The position numbers and the translations under genes were made by a program. A DNA stretch of 64,000 nucleotides from the NCBI RefSeq assembly GCF_009914755.1, contig NC_060932.1; one strand, given 5' to 3'. Source of the stretch: the human T2T-CHM13v2.0 reference genome, Homo sapiens. Shown here piece after piece: positions 43,701 through 56,999 of the stretch (positions within the stretch are counted from its first letter, which is position 1; every line of letters starts with the position of its first letter). Below the pieces are notes generated by a model, which saw only the letters and a list, made by a program, of their open reading frames with translations, was not told the DNA's origin and did not search any database.

Positions 43701-46143
43701 ATGTCTGACTTTGGGTTTTGCTACTTATTCTGCTTTTATATTTCATTTAGAGAAAATTATAGTTTTGTACATAAAAGTGAAGAATTTTATCTTATTTCAT
43801 GGAGGAAAGCATCTTTTATAAAATAACACCCTTGTTGTGGAGGCCAAGAGAGTAAAATTGCCTGTTAAAGCTTTGTAATTTGCATTTACTATTAAAGGTT
43901 AATGGTTTTATTCTGAAATTGCCATAGAGTGGGTTAGAGAACTAATTGCTTTTATTAATCATTAACAAGTTACTGAAAATTATCCAGAATGTGGCAACTA
44001 GCTAACTATATATTAGTGAATATGAATATTGTTGAAAATTTCATCTTGAGGTCAGGTTTTTTTTTTTTTTATTCTGCCGGTGAAATGGCCCAGATAACTT
44101 CATTGTAAAAATATTCTGGCTTTGGAACATAAGTTATTTGTTTTATATAGTTTGCCTGTTTAGAGAATATAGAACATTTCAAATAAAATTAGTCATTTTG
44201 TGAAAATTCAGAGGACTGGGAATTTAACTGTCCTTCTGGCTGTAGGAATCATAATCTCCCCATTTTCATCAACCTGAAGACCTCTTGGTTGTAAGAATAT
44301 TTGGGTTTTGATGTTTTAAAAAACTGATTATTTAAAAAAACTGATGCAACCTTTGTTGCATGGAGTTGAGGAAGGCCCAGGAGGGAGGATTAAAATTAAA
44401 TAAGAGACAGTTTCGCTTCTTAATGGTTTCTCCACTTAATTATTTTAGTAGGAATCTGAAATCAAATATAGAATGGAAAACTAATGTAGCCAAACCATCT
44501 GAGAGCCAATAGTAGAGACAGACATTAAATCACAGCACTTGTTCACTAGCAGTTTGGGTACCTACAGTATGCTATATTGAATGATAATTGTTAACAGCTA
44601 GAAACTTGCTTATAAAATGTGGTGATGTTTCTTTATGATAGATGCCTGACCAGTGTCCTCTTCCCTCAGTAAGGTGGTTCTAACTCATAGTTGTTCATAC
44701 TAATGGGAGAAGATGGTGGGAGAGTCTTATCATCTGCTAACATTTCAACATGAGACACCACACATGTGTGTCCTAAGTAGGTGATGCATTGTTGAAGTAC
44801 CTGCAGGATTTTCGTATGATCTTTGCATTTATAATATCTTTCTGGAATGGGTCTTAAAGTCAGGTTTGAGCAGGTGCTTATAGCATGTAGTCAGATTCCA
44901 TGGTAGAGGCAAGCATTCTCCCTAAGAATGTTGTTTACGTTGAAGACAGCGATGGAGGATCCCACCCTTCTGCTCTGATGTCTTCCGAGGTAGAAGGGGT
45001 TGCTGACGGCTTCATCAGGGCATTAGAGAGAATGAGCCTGGTGGGTTTACTGTGATCAAGGTCGAGTTGTGTCACGAAATAGGATTTTGGACCTAAGTCT
45101 TATTCTTTAGTTTATTTAATATATCAGTCTTTTTCCATTATTTCCTCATTTGCCTTAATTGAAGATTCTAGAGTTGCGGTGCAGTTCAGAAAGCCTGAGG
45201 TTTAAGGGGAAATGGTAAAGAGAAAGAGGACCGGAGCAGGATTCGATTCAGAGCCAACTGGTTTTCTTCTTTCCTATTTCAGGGGAGTAGCTTCTTCAGC
45301 AGACTCTCCGCTGCTTGTGCTCCACATTGCATTGCTCACACCATGGCATGGTGTTTCCATTCATTGTCTCCTGAGTTCATTTGGTGTAGAAGAGCTGGTT
45401 CTAAAGAGAACTTCTCCCTGCTGTCTTTTTCTTCCAGAACACTGGGGTGATGGGTATACCGCAGCAGTTGCCTGGCCGTCTCCTAGGTTAGTGTAGCAGA
45501 GATTCTATTCTCAGATAAGACTTCCGTGTCGGCTGAAGATGTAAGGGACTGTCCACGTTTGAGGGAGAATTTCTTCTCACTATTCTAGCTAGAATATGTG
45601 AATGAAGAAAGATTTCTATTATCCTGGACTCCTTTGTATTTTTTATAATTGTTTTCTTTTTCTCACTTATGCTCTGATATGTATTGGTTTCTTGAATAAA
45701 TTAAAACTTAAAGCACTGCTTTAGTAGACATTTCTGGAATTCCTGTCTCCCGCTTTCCTGACCACATACAGCTCTTCTCCACTGCCTACAGCTGTATGTT
45801 TTAGCATGATGATGGATGGATGGACTGGAGCTAGAGCAAGGTTAACCACATATGCTCTGGTTTCAGAAACATCAGAGAGGGAGGTGGTGACATTTATAAG
45901 TATTCATCTTTTATTTACAAATTTCACGCACATTTGTAGTCTACTGTAAGCAACATAGTGTCTTCTACCATCTTTTTCCTCTTAAGGGTCAACACTACTA
46001 TTCTATTTCATATTTACCATTTTTTTCTTTTAAAAGAATTCATGTGGTGGGTCATTGTAGAAAATTTAGAGAATATGCAAATATTGAAAAAGAAAAAGAA
46101 ATGATGCAACCTGTAACCACACTGTGTGTAGGTGTTCTCTGTG

Positions 46144-46797
46144 TGGGTATCTTAGTTTGGGCTTTTATAACAGAAATATCATTGCCTGGGTGGCTTAAAC
46201 AATGGAAATGTATTCCTTCTGGTTCTGAGGTCTGGGAAATCCAGGATTCAGATGCCATCCGAGTTGGTCCTGGTGAAGACCTCTTCCTGGTTGGCAGAGG
46301 GAATGCGTTCTTGCTGTCTTCACGTGGTAAAGAGATCATCCCTCTTGTCTCTACTGATAGGGTACTAATCCCACTCATGAGGGCTCCATCCTTATGACCT
46401 AATTAATAACCTTCTAAAGGCCCTACCTGTAAGTACCATCACAATGGGGGTTAGGGCTTCAACGTAGGACTTTTTTTTTTTTTTTTTTTGAGACAGAGTT
46501 TCGCTTTTATTGCCCGGGCTGGAGTGCAATGGCGCAATCTTGGCTCACCACAACCTCCGCCCCCCGGGTTCAAGCGATTCTCCTGCCTCAACCTTCTGAA
46601 TAGCTGGGATTGCGGGCACCCGCCACCACACCCAGCTAATTTTTAGTAGAGACAGGGTCTTGCCATGTTGGTCAGGCTGGTCTTGAACTGACCTCAGGTG
46701 ATCTGCCCACCTTGGCCTCCCAGAGTGCTGGGATTACAGGCGTGAGCCGCCGCGCCAGGCCAGGAATTTTTGAAAGACATAAACATTCAGTCCCTAG
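46144..46797 (-). mobile_element. MLT1A/MSTD-like solo LTR interrupted by an Alu
   Basis: GGTGGCTTAAACAA, CTAATCCCACTCATGAGGGCTCCA and GACATAAACATTCAGTCC motifs. Confidence 0.75.
46471..46761 (-). mobile_element. AluSp/Sq-like SINE
   Basis: GAGTTTCGCT..TTGCCC and GGAGTGCAATGGCG; TSD AGGA(C/A)TTTT. Confidence 0.9.
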
Positions 46798-47665
46798 TAA
46801 TGGAGGAAACCAGCATGTAAGTCCTATACGTAAAGTCCCATAAAGCTTTTCATCCTTTTTTATTGCCTCGCAGATACTTCCGGTGGTGGGATGCACTAGT
46901 TTTTATGTTCTAAGAAAGAAAAAAAATGGCAATAATTTATAAGGTGCCATCTATTGTAAGAAATATCTCAATTCCATAGATAAAAGAATGCCTCTTAGAA
47001 TTGTTGAAACACTGGTAACTTTGAGTTATATAAACAATATATTAATCTATTCCTTTAAAATGTTATCAGCCTTTTTAAGTGGTTTTTGCATTTTGGGAGA
47101 AATATTTTCTGCTTTTAAAAATGTACTTTTCTGTATTTTTATCTTGTTTAGTCTTCCTTCCTTCCTTCCTTTTATTCTTTTTTAATTATTTAGATCTTGA
47201 ATTTATATGAAATTTTTTTCTGTATGGTGGTTTTTTCACTTTTTTCTCCTTTTCCTTCTTTAATTTTTTTCTCCTTTTATTTGAAATTCTACCTCAGAAA
47301 TTACACATGTACATGTTTTCAGACATTTTTTCATGAATTCACCCATTTTCTGTTCCTCTGTTCATACCACACTATTTTAGTTAATGTGATTTTAGAATAT
47401 AGTTTAATATCTGATAACAGCAAGAATTAGAAAAAGGCCTAAATGACCGATAATAGATCAACTATTTAAACTATAGTAAAAGTCATCTTTCTTTGGGTCT
47501 TCCAGTCCTAATTGTTACAATGATATTTAAAGATAGCAATATTAAACTGTAAGTAAATCATGATTAACTTTTGGTAACTTTATTCTATCTATCCTGGGGT
47601 AGATTCTAAATTACAGGGTGACAGAAACTCAATATTTTTGTCAATTAAAAAATTTAGGGCTTTTT

Positions 47666-47987
<322 letters not shown>

Positions 47988-48439
47988 TTATATACTTAAA
48001 ATAAACAAATACAATCAAAATTTGTAGCCAGCCTTTTTACTTCAGCAGAGTATAATGGAAATATCTTTCTGTATTATTAAATGTCATCCTATGACATAAT
48101 TTTCTATGGTTGTATAGCATTTTATGTGGTTGTACTGTAGTTTAATTAGTTGATCTATTATTGGTCATTTAGGCCTTTTCTAATTCTTGCTGTTACAAAT
48201 AACACCACGGAATACATTTTTGTGAATATAGTATTGTCCATGATTATTTCCCTGGTAGGTTAATTTCTTTTGGGGCTGTGTGTGTGTGTGTGTGCGTGTG
48301 TGTATTCAGATAGCCTTCATAAACGGTTGTACCAGTTTACACTCCAACTCACAGTAAAAAGAACCATCCAATCTCTTTTCCAAAAAATATAAAAATATAC
48401 AAAATGTAAGTCTTCTGTGTTTCAGTTTCCTAAAAATCT

Positions 48440-49150
48440 TAACAAATGCCACACATTCATATGGCACCCACTGAATGCCTGCCATTGTGCCTAGGAGACA
48501 GAAATGAGTGCATAGAATTGTAACTTGTGCAGTGTTTCCACTTGGAGTAGTCAATGCCAAGTTGTCCAACAGTGTATGATGCTACCCTTTTCTCTGTATC
48601 CTTGCTAATACTTATTAGTTTCAGATATTTTCATTTTTGTTAATCTTGGCCAAAGATACATATGACAGAAGTCTTTGTTTTCCACGCCCTTAAGGCATTG
48701 GGATAGGGTATGGAAAGGGAGGTAATCCAGATGGACAACAGTAACACACACTGTGATCAGTGCTATGAAAGAGGTGGGAGAGGGTTGTTTGGGGACATAG
48801 AGGAGAAGGTAAGGGTGGGCAAGGAAGGTGTCATGAAGGAAGGGAAGCTTGGCTGTTTTGAATGTAGAGTGTAAGAGTTCTCCAAATGAACCAGGAACCA
48901 GGGTGTGGTGATGAAGGCCATTTATATAGAACAGCAGCACGTTCTGGGGCTCAGGGCTGTGGGCCTGAAGGATGCATTAGGGGAAGTGCAAGTAATTGCA
49001 GGATGAGGCTATTTGATAGAAGATCAGGTCAAAAACATAAGAGACCAGCTCATGAATAGCACCATAGACAAAGTTGTGGGGTTTAGACTTTATTCCATAA
49101 ATGGGAGGAAGTCTTGCTGGGTTTTAGTAGGAGCCGACATGGTCTGAATA
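48440..49150 (-). mobile_element. L2 fragment
   Basis: CTGAATGCCTGCCATTGTGCCTAG and TTTAGACTTTATTCCATAAATGGGAG motifs. Confidence 0.55.
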
Positions 49151-50200
49151 GGTCTATGATATAATGGAAAGCATAGAGTTAATTATGTTTTGGATGTGGG
49201 GTGGTTGTAAGACCTGACATTTCTTAGGGAAGTAACATTGGTCTTAAAAGGAATCAGGCTATTGAGGACATGGAGGATTTTCAACATAGGGTATTTCAGC
49301 CACCTGCCTATTTCCAAAGGAGGAGGTATAGCCCTGCCAGCATGCTTTTCCCAGCAAAGGTTAGTCTATTCTTAGACACACAATTCTTTGCTGAGTCCTA
49401 GCCTGTACTGTGTTAGCATTTATTCCTTTTTCAGTCTCCCCGGAGAGTGTGTACTCTGAGAGAAACAGCATTCCCGCCAGTTCAAGGTCCATACTCCGAA
49501 AGGTCTTGGACATTCCTAAGGAGAGCTTGGTCTCCTCCTAGTTTTTGCCCTCTCTCCAGGAGGCAGATCTTAAGGGTATTGTTCACATGCTGTGCCCCAG
49601 GGTCCTCTGAGTTAGGTCCAGCTCAGAGGCCCTAATCATGACAGAGGAACGATTATTGCTACAGTGCACTTCCACCTTGCCTCTCACAAAGGAGGGCCTG
49701 ATGTGAAGCTGACGCCGTATTTTTGTAGATCTGTCAACCTGTGATTCTAGCTGGTTACAAACAGAGCAATGATCATGTTTTGATACCTTACTTCTGATGA
49801 CTGAAAGCGATAAGCTTTTTATAAATGTGCATTTAGGTTTCAATTCCTCGTACCCACACCCTCTCCCTTGTATGCTTGTATTTAAAGCCAACTATATTCA
49901 TATATTTGCTTTGCAGTACAACTTGAAACTCACTGTCTCCTCACTATAACATTAGATGTCAAATGAATTACTTTTTGCCATTTTTCTTACAAGATTTTTG
50001 ATCTCAAAAATGTGTAAATTTATTTTTAACTCTTCTTTTTTACTTGTATCTTTTTAGTCTAAATTGAAAAGCAACTTTTGTCTTTAGAGCATTTATTTCT
50101 GGCATCTCCATTGGAAGATTTTTTTTTTTTCACACATCATACAAAGCATTACAGGTGAAAAGAAATGTAAGTAATAAAAAAAGTCTTCCAAGAAAAAAAA

Positions 50201-50240
<40 letters not shown>

Positions 50241-50250
50241 CGTGTGTGTG
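50201..50250. repeat. (TG)n microsatellite
   Basis: Directly visible. Confidence 0.95.
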
Positions 50251-50343
50251 TATGAATGAAGGGACAGAGCCAGTATGAAGAAAGTAAAAGTTGAAGATTA
50301 GGCCATTGCCAGGTATGACATAGAACTTTAAGTAACAAAGTTG

Positions 50344-50660
50344 ACCAGATGCGGTGGCTCGTACGTGTCATCCCAGCACTTTGGGAGATCGAGGTGGGTG
50401 GATCACTTGAGGCCAGGAGTTCAAAACCAGCCTGGCCAACATAGTGAAACCCCGTCTCTACTAAAAATACAAAAATTAGCCTGGCGTGGTGGTGGGCGCC
50501 TGTAATCCCAGCTACTCGGGAGGCTGAGCAGGAGAATTGGTTGAGCCTGGGAGGCGGAGGTTGCAGTGAGCGATCCGAGATTGCACCACCACACTCCAGC
50601 CTGGGTGACAGAGCAAGATTCCGTCTGGGGGAAAAAAAAAGAAAAAGAAAAAGAAAGAAA
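50344..50660 (+). mobile_element. AluS (Sx/Sz-like)
   Basis: Alu dimer with A/GAAA tail. Confidence 0.9.
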
Positions 50661-50819
50661 GTAAGTTATTTAGGTTTGGTTAAGAGGAAACTAGTACAGA
50701 CTGTAGAATAGTGTTGTTTAGACAGTAGCTCTGTAAGTACCACCTGTGACTGTGATGCATTCACTTTGATCTTGAGGATAACTTGTCTCAAAGACAACTG
50801 ATTACTTGATTTTATGAGA

Positions 50820-50955
50820 TCAGGCTTTTCAAAGTATGGGCCTGGCATACCTGGGAGCTTGTTAGGAATGCAAATTTTAGGGCGCTGCACCAGACCTACT
50901 GCATCAGAATCTCGGGTCAGTGGAGTGCAGCAGTGCTGAAGTTTGAGACCCACTG
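50820..50955. mobile_element. MER5A-like MITE
   Basis: ACCTGGGAGCTTGTTAGGAATGCAAATT..CCAGACCTACTG.ATCAGAATCTC..AAGTTTGAGACCCACTG. Confidence 0.7.
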
Positions 50956-51023
50956 TATCAGAGCACAGAATGCAGAGAAGATAATGGCTCTTTGGGCCAG
51001 CAGCACTAGGGGAAAAACATACA

Positions 51024-51359
51024 CAGTCATGTATCACTTAACAATAATGTTCTGAGAAATGCATAGGCAGTCTTGTGCCAACATCATGGACTGACATACA
51101 CAAACCTAGATGGTATAGTCTACTGCACACCTACACTGTCTGGTATAGCCTGTTGCTCTGAGGCTTCAAGCCTGTATAGCACGTTACTCTACTGAATAGT
51201 GTAGGCAGTTGTAATGCAAAGGTAAGTATTTGTGTATCTAACCTATCTAAACATAGAAAAGGTGTAGTAAAAATATGGTATAAATAATCATCTGGGACCA
51301 CCATTAGGTATGTGGTCCATCATTGACCAGAATATTGTTGTGAATGTGTTGCATGACTG
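51024..51359 (-). mobile_element. Tigger3a-like DNA transposon
   Basis: TIRs CAGTCATG...CATGACTG; ACAAACCTAGATGGTATAG motif. Confidence 0.85.
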
Positions 51360-53721
51360 GAAAAGGAGAGCTAGACAACACTGACTACTTCAGGGGAAGA
51401 GAACTGGCGGCTAATGGCAAGGATGAAAGGAAAACTTTTTATTGTGTACCTTTGTTTACTTTTTGAATTTTATGCTTTTAAGCCATACAGAAATATTTTT
51501 TAAAACGTTAGCTTTATTTACATCATGAAGTTTAAGTATGTTTCTCAGGAATTTTCTTCTTTAACATCATAAATAAAGAAAAACTCAAAAAAAATGATTT
51601 CATCATGCCTTCTATGTTAATTACTCTTTCTTGTATTTTACATCTTTCCAGTAAATTTCAGTTCCTAAATTCACACACAGTTCCACATAGGAAGCTAAAG
51701 AGGCATAATCCAGATTAAGAACCAAAAATGAAACAGAAATAGGATACAGTTGAATCATCTGTGTAACAAATAAAGAAAAAGCCTGGGAACTATAAAGCTA
51801 TGGAAAATGAAAGAGGCTCACTGAGATGAACCAGAGTGTACAAATGCTGAATTCAATACAGTGCCAAGTATTTAGAGTGTTTTTTTGCATTGAGGTTATT
51901 GTGGCTGTGAACAAGGATTACCATCCACAGCTAGAAGAGAAATCCCCCGGGACAGAATCTCTAAAACAGGGTCCTCAGTTACATAACTAGCGATTTATGA
52001 AATGTGCTTATATTGTATGTGATGTCATGACATCATTTCTTGGTCTTCTGCTCAGAATTAGGTAGTTTGACTATAAAATCTACTATTTGGGGACACATTT
52101 GCTGCTCTGCAAGGTTACTGTTACCATTGCTGCAGTCAAGTGGCATATACTTAAGGGACTGGAGTCCTGAAGGTCTGTGTTGATTCTGGGAGGTGTGCAC
52201 ATATGTGGGTCCAGTGTTCTTTACAAAGGCCCCCTGTGCGGCATCTGTCGTACTTCTTATTTGTTCAGCATATCCCTTGGCTTGTGATGGAAGATACACA
52301 ATCTGTACCTTTGTCTGAAGGAGATACCAGCTCCTGAGTGGCCTTTTACATCATCCTTAGGTGGGGATAGTTAACGTAAAAAAAAAAAAAACCGGCGAGG
52401 GAGAAAAGGCCGTCTTAGCCATAGTTGGCAGCCCCTAGCCCTTTAGCCTAAGGAAGTCTACAGAGACTACGGCACTTGGGTGCAGACTTTTAATGAACCC
52501 ATCTTTTGTTGTTTTTGTCCATTGCACTGTCTGTGTGTAACACACATGTCCCGGTTCTCGCCCCTGATCCTGATGGTTCCAAGGAGCGTGGATGGATACT
52601 TTCAAGACCAACCAGACTACTACGTGGCTTAGTGTAGATATGGCGATAAAACACTTGTGCTTTGGAAAACGTAAAAATCCCGAACTTAGATCTTGACCAG
52701 TAAGTGAAGAGGAACTGAATTTTAACTATTTGCTGAAAAATCTATCATTTTGGAAGCATTAAAAAAAATTAAACTGTAAACTGAGTGCACACATCTTAAC
52801 CCTAAATACATACACACATACACACAACCAGCCACAAAATAGTGTTATTTCCTTAAATGCCACACACTGTCTAGTTCTAGAAGTGAAAAGGACCTTCTTG
52901 TCTTTTCAGAAGTGTGTGTTTTGAGTATGTAATGAGATTACCTTTCTGTGGCTTTGGAGAGTTAATTTCAGCGCTTTATTGTCAGATCTTCTCTGTAAGA
53001 AATGTGATAGGGATTTCCCATTCAATCTGGAACTAAGAATTCAGATTGACACTTGAGCTTTGTACCTCAGATAGCGTTTTTCCTCATCTCCTGTTATATA
53101 TCAAGCAGCTGAGATTGGTTTTTAAAAAAGTGAAGATTGAATTGTCTTCACACATTTATTGTGAACTTGCAGAAAATGGAAAGGATTATGCTTTAAAGAC
53201 AGTTGGCTTGGCTGGATAGAAAAGATCCCTCTGTCCTGTTTCCCTGTCCTCCTTCCCACATCGATTTAAAAAATTAGATGCAAATGCAAAATCCTTAAAT
53301 TATAGATTTATGATGAATTTAAATTCTGGTAGAATCAAGGTTTTATAACATTTAAAGTGTCTGACACTAAGTGTATATAATCTTTTAAGAAACGTCTTCT
53401 TAACAGCGCATGGTATTCTGTGACTGTTCGTGTACCATGAATATTCTTATTGGGTTCTAGAGTTAGTTACTGACTCTTGAAGATGGGCATCTAATGGTCC
53501 TCCTGTGGAAGTGGAGAGCAGCTCTCCACTGTTTGATAACATTTAAAGCCAAGGGTGAACCACTCAAGAAACATTTGGTGGTTATAATATTTTTTTGTTG
53601 TTGTTAAGTACCATCAATAAAACTGAAAAATCTCTTAAGTACCTGACTCCTGCAATGATACAACTGCAGTGATAAACCTTTTAGCTTTTTACATCAGGGG
53701 TATTAGGTATTTTCTCACAGA

Positions 53722-53870
53722 AATAGCCTTTTGAGGTGAAATTCACATAACATACAATTAACCATTGTAAAATGAACAATTCAGTGGCGTGTAAGAGTAT
53801 GTTTACAATGTTGAGCAACCATCACCTCTGTCTAGTTGCAAAATGTTTTCATCACTCCAAAAGAAACTCC
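53722..53870 (-). mobile_element. L1MB 3' terminal fragment
   Basis: TTGAGGTGAAATTCACATAACATA..ACAATTCAGTGGC..CAACCATCACCTCT. Confidence 0.7.
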
Positions 53871-54069
53871 TTTATTCATCATAGCCCAAAGTTGGAAGTA
53901 TTTTCTTGATTGGGCTCTTGATTACATGGATGCATCTGAGTCATTGAATTGAAGCCTAAGATGTGCTTAATTTCACTGTGTGTAAGTTTCACCTCAGTTA
54001 ACAAGAGAGAACAGAACAAACCAAAAATCTTAATTCTTTTGAAAAAAAGACTTTCTGGCTGCTTTATTA

Positions 54070-54830
54070 AAGAAGCCAGGGGAACAAGGTTAAAAGGAAA
54101 TCAGTTAGCAGTGACCAAGGCAAGAGATGATGGTGGCTTGGCTGAAGATGGTGACAGTGGAGGTGGTAAGGTGATCAGATTCTGGATATATTTTGAAGGT
54201 TGAGCTAATTTGGTCAGCTGATGGGCATAATGGATGTGAGGGAAAGAAAGTTGGAAAGGATGATGTGAAGATTTTTAATGGGATGGAATAGGTGTTTAAT
54301 GAACAGCCATTTAACAACATCAGGGTAATTTCATCTTGTGTATCATTCTCTACAACAGGGTTATACTCTAGGACAGTAGAGTACTGCGGGTACTCTAGGT
54401 GGTACTTGGATAAACATCATTAAAACTGCCTCACTTTGATGACTAAACAACTGCTTTCCTGCAGTCCCACTTAATGAGATGTACTACTAGAACTGGTCAT
54501 TCGGAAGATCAGGCATTTGGTTTTAAATATGCATATACCTGTTTGACATCTGAGATGGGCTATCAAATAGGCAGTTGTGATGAAGGAGACGGGAGTTCAG
54601 AGGTCTGACTGAGACCTATAAAATCTGGAGCGTCAGCACAGATAGTAAAGCCCTGAGATTGAATGACTTTCCCACAGGAGTGAGTGTAGACAGGAAGGCC
54701 TGGGAACTGAGCCTGGATGCACTGGGGCTTTAGAGGTCAGGGAGAGGAGAAGAATCCAGCAAAGGGGAGTGCGAAGGTCTGGCCAGTGGGGTAAGGTGAA
54801 AACCAGATCAGTGTGGTTTCCTGTTTCTAG
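54070..54830 (-). mobile_element. L2 fragment, interrupted at ~54309-54500
   Basis: GATGATGGTGGCTTGG..TCAGATTCTGGATATATTTTGAAGG before the insert; GGAAGATCAGG..TTTGGTTTT..AATAGGCAGTTG..GAATCCAGCAAAGG after it. Confidence 0.7.
54309..54492 (+). repeat. Left arm of a ~185-bp inverted repeat
   Basis: Reverse complement aligns to 55824-55997 (hand alignment). Confidence 0.9.
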
Positions 54831-55170
54831 TAGAAAAAGCTCAACCAAACATTCAGATTGTCCTTTACGTATTAACTTCATTCTAGCTAATTTGTTGTTT
54901 AATTAGTCCCGTATTAATTGGTAAAGCCGTAAAGATTTTGATGGCTTAACTCTTCTATTTTTTACCCTCCACTGATAAATCAAATGCATGTCGTTTTATG
55001 TGAAAACTGAAATAGAAAAATGCAGTCTAATTTTAGTGTGAACTATGCATTGAAATAGCCATGTCCTCCTTAGGTAACAGTATTCAAAATTTTAAGATAA
55101 AATCGTATTGCTTCATTAAATTTCAACTGGTTAACGTCAAATCAGTGTTAAAACTATACCGTAATAGCCC

Positions 55171-55632
55171 TGGGGTAGACACATTAATGGCGCCCCCCGC
55201 AGTGTCCATATTCCAATCCCCAGACCTATAAATATGTAACCGCACATTGTAAAGGAGACTTTACAGAGGTGATTAAGGATTTGGGGATGAAGCAGTTATC
55301 CAGGATTATCTGGGTAAGGTGGGCCTGATGTAGCCACAAGGGGCCTCCTAAGTGAAAGAGAGAGGTAGGGTGGCCAGAACTAGAGAGAGGTTTGAAGGTG
55401 TTACACCACTAGCTTTGAAGGCAGAGGAAGGGGCCACAAGCCAATGAATATATGTGGTCCCTAGAAGCTGGAAAAGGCCAGGGAGTGGATTCTTCTCTAG
55501 AGTCTCCAGAAGAAATGTGGCCCTTCTGACACCTTCATTTAGTCCACAGAACTATAATTTATCTTAGTTTAAGCCACTGGTAAGTGTAATTGTAATTGTA
55601 ATTTGTTACATCTGCTATAGTGAAACTAATAC
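55171..55632 (+). mobile_element. MLT1D-like solo LTR
   Basis: TTATCCAGGATTATCTGGGT, GCTTTGAAG..AGAGGAAGGGGCCACAAGCCAA and CTAGAAGCTGGAAAAGGC. Confidence 0.8.
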
Positions 55633-55823
55633 TGAAATTTAGAAAAGATGGGTAACTTATTATGTGGTGAAGTTTAAAAAAGATAAGTAACTCGTTGAAG
55701 ATCACATAATTAGAAAAGAAAGCAGTAGAGCTTGGCCTTGAACTCAACCAGTGTGACTCCAGAGCTTGTAGAACAGAATAACCACCTCCAAGGCCAGCTG
55801 AATCTGACCACAGTCTGGTGGAA

Positions 55824-55997
55824 TTCTAGTACATCTCGTTAAGAAGTGGGATTGCCGGAAGGGAGTTGGTTATTCATGAAAGTGATGATGTTTATCCAAT
55901 GTACCACCTAGAGTACCCTTAGTACTCTACTGTCCTAGAGTATAACCCTGTTGTAAAGAATGATACACAAGACAAACTTACCCTGATGTTGTTAAAT
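55824..55997 (-). repeat. Right arm of a ~185-bp inverted repeat
   Basis: Reverse complement aligns to 54309-54492. Confidence 0.9.
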
Positions 55998-56638
55998 ATA
56001 TGTTAGATGACCAGTTGCTTTGATTTCTTTGCTCAATAAACATTGGATTACAGCTGGTTTGCTGTGTGGCATGCCTACATGGAGGGAACACACTGAGCCA
56101 ATGATTTCATCATCTGGGTCCCTTTGGTTTATATCAGTTTCCAACATGACTTGTTTGTGGGGCTTGTGGGAGGGGCACATACATCGGCCCCAGGATTCTA
56201 ACATCTCCTGGTCTCTGAGGTTATAATTTTCACTTAACATTGTCGAGTTGGCATTTTGGTTTTAGTCCAATGGTTCAGTTCTTTGAAACTGACTCCAGAG
56301 ATGGCTCTGTTCATTAATAGATTGTTTTGTTGACCCTGTGAGGATTAGTCTGTGGATCTTGGAAATTCGGCAGGTGACTACAATTCTAGAAGGCCTCTTG
56401 TGAGATATAAGGTGTTTTCCTTAAGTGACATGGCCCTGCGTTGCAAAGCTGAGAAGTAATATGAAGGAGCGTTTTGTAAGTTTGAATCTCTATAATCAAA
56501 AACCAGACTAATGACACATTCGCTTTTAGAACTTAAAAAAAAAAATTCAAGAACTGAGTAGTAGGCCAAAAACAAGATAAAATGTAGCATAACAAAATGT
56601 AGAGTTTTGTACTTTATCACTTAAAAAACGCCAAAGTA

Positions 56639-56963
56639 GGCCGGGCACAGTGGCTCACGCCTGTAATCCCAGCACTTTGGGAGGCCGAGGTGGGCGGATC
56701 ACAAGGTCAGGAGTTCAAGACCAGCCTGACCAATATAGTGAACCCCGTCTTTACTAAAAATACAAAAATTAGCCGGGCGTGGTAGTGCACGCCTGTAATC
56801 CTAGCTACTCAGGAGGCTGAGGCAGGAGAATAGTTTGAACCTGGGAGGCGGAGGTTGCAGTGAGCCGAGATCATGCCACTGCACTTCAGTCTGGGCGACA
56901 GAGGGAGACTCTGTCTCAAAAAAACAAAACAAAACAAAAAAAACAAAAACCACCAAAAAAAAA
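56639..56963 (+). mobile_element. AluS (Sg-like)
   Basis: Alu dimer, (CAAAA)n tail, TSD AAAAAC(T)GCCAAAGTA. Confidence 0.9.
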
Positions 56964-56999
56964 CTGCCAAAGTATAGGTCATAGAAGAGCAGACTTACT

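Noticed and set aside
54309-55997. Inverted repeats as TIRs of a 1.7-kb DNA transposon, or as breakpoints of a completed inversion
   Set aside because: No TSD or transposase; the interior is old L2/MLT1D/MIR sequence, and the L2 is collinear across the left arm
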